A DNA stretch of 63,350 bases, counting the filler, from Lenisia limosa (lineage: Eukaryota; Protista; Breviatea): assembly GCA_001655205.1 (NCBI GenBank). It is 21 parts of 21 records of this genome, joined end to end, with 100 filler letters (N's around TTAATTAATTAA, not from the genome) between each part and the next. Parts side by side here need not be neighbours in the genome. Positions count along the whole stretch, not along the records: positions 61,851 to 63,350 come from LPNZ01001747.1; 20 more parts are not named here. The stretch is one strand, 5' to 3'. This document shows positions 61,981 to 63,350 of the stretch, piece after piece; positions within the stretch are counted from its first letter, which is position 1, and each line of letters begins with the position of its first letter. Made by a program: the position numbers and the translations under genes. The notes beneath the pieces are model-generated. The model saw only the letters and a program-made list of their open reading frames with translations. It had not been told where the DNA came from and did no database searches.

Positions 61981-63350
61981 GATGGAGTAAAATAAGAAAT
62001 TCATGAGACGAAAAAAAAAAGAAGTCTGTTAGCTGACAACATACGAGGGTAAATATGATATGATATGATATGTAGTATATGACACTATAGAATCTGACCC
62101 CCCAAAATAGAACATAATATTACCCCTCACTGAGGCATAGAACTTGTGGACGGGCTTATAGTCTCGCGGGACCTGGGGTGTTAATACACTGCATTTAATT
62201 TGAGTTAGTACTGGCTTTAAAGCAGGCCGCTAAACCAGAATGAAACCTCGGAGTGTAAGGATTTTCTATGGATGTGGGGCTTAGAGGGAGTTAGATTTCA
62301 GCAACTGTTGACCATAGATTTGGGGCTTTTTCTGCATGATTCAATGTAGCTCTTTTCATTTTCTTATATCACTTTACACAGCAGAAAAGAACAAACAAAA
62401 GGAAAAGGGCATTTGGATTTGGGGCTCGGTTAAGATTACGTAATGAGTCTGGTTTAGCGGCCTGCTTTAAAGCAGAAACAGATTCATTACGTATTTTTAC
62501 CGAGCTCCTATTCAAAATACTGGAAAAATATTGGTCAAAAATCCAAAATCTACAATCCAAATCTTTGCAATAATGCTGACACTCCTTGGTTGGGCTGCTT
62601 TAATTGGGTTCTAGTTTGACTGAAATCCTTAACAGATTTCGATAACTATCGAATGATATTGGTTCACGCCACAGGCCTTGTTTGTCTGGAAAAGCCAAAT
62701 CATTGTTGCACACACCTCCACCAATACCCCAGATCTGAAGGTCTCATCCATGCAATTATGACCTTCCTACCGTCCGAAAAAAGACCGGGTAAATATGAAG
62801 ATTTATCGAGGATTTATCGAAAAATTGTGTCTTTTTAGGAACGTAGGGAATCCTTATAATTATATAACTATTGGACAACACAAGCTGATGAACACGTTTG
62901 ATGCAGCCCCATCAAAAACTGATGGATATTCGTTTATACTCAGCTCTGCGGCTTTACTTCGGTCCGAAAAAGTGAATTTATCGAAAACCCTCGATAAGTA
63001 TCGATAATTTACCGCTCTTTTTTTGACTACAGTGAAACCTTATTCAGCACCCCTTGGTTACCCCGTACCTTAGGGGGTGGGAACGGTTTCTTGATAGCGA
63101 GTTTCGTCATAGCAAACATGAATCTGGGGTATAAGCATGGTAGAGTATGAAGGAATTTAAAAAAAAAGGAAGAAAAATATCAGGCAGAACCTACACACGT
63201 AATCAATACTAGCTTTAATATCAAAAAAATATAATATAAAGCAAGCTAATATACAGCATTATATATTTTTTTTTCTTATGAAGAAAAATCTAATAGTGGC
63301 CCCCCACTTGGGTGGGATGAGCTCGTCAGTCTGCTTAATTTCGGGTGCTG

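Noticed and set aside
53-63007. Most ORF-track entries, especially those spanning X runs or starting at TTG/GTG
   Set aside because: They run through N gaps, introns or repeats. The real coding sequence is split into short exons.

Overview
This is not one locus. It is 21 short eukaryotic scaffolds (about 1-9 kb) joined by an artificial 100-nt spacer (N44-TTAATTAATTAA-N44, 20 times), with further internal N gaps, so adjacency across spacers means nothing. The genome is very intron-rich, with short GC-richer exons, AT-rich GT-AG introns and apparently the standard code. It looks like a microbial eukaryote, but I cannot assign the taxon. Most ORF-track entries are spurious; I rebuilt genes by hand from exons. 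Recognisable, mostly partial genes: a Cys-rich/beta-helix (GLUG-like) surface protein, flavocytochrome-c-type fumarate reductase, STE11-like kinase, ABC transporter, TPX2, SLC13 transporter, PH protein, adenosine-deaminase-fold protein, cyclin C, Ku80, gamma-glutamyl hydrolase, UTP10, an ankyrin protein and TRAPPC4. There is also tRNA-Glu(CUC) inside a Ku80 intron, decayed hAT, Tc1 (DD34E) and pogo (DD35D) transposases, and several MITE families. The strongest unexplained signal is two dispersed intronic repeat families (A and B) lying almost always in the sense orientation of their host gene. B repeatedly ends in a C-tract that forms the 3' splice site, and A sometimes starts at the GT donor. 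This suggests a splice-site-donating, introner-like element system. Exon boundaries and copy counts are manual and need transcript and genome-wide checks.
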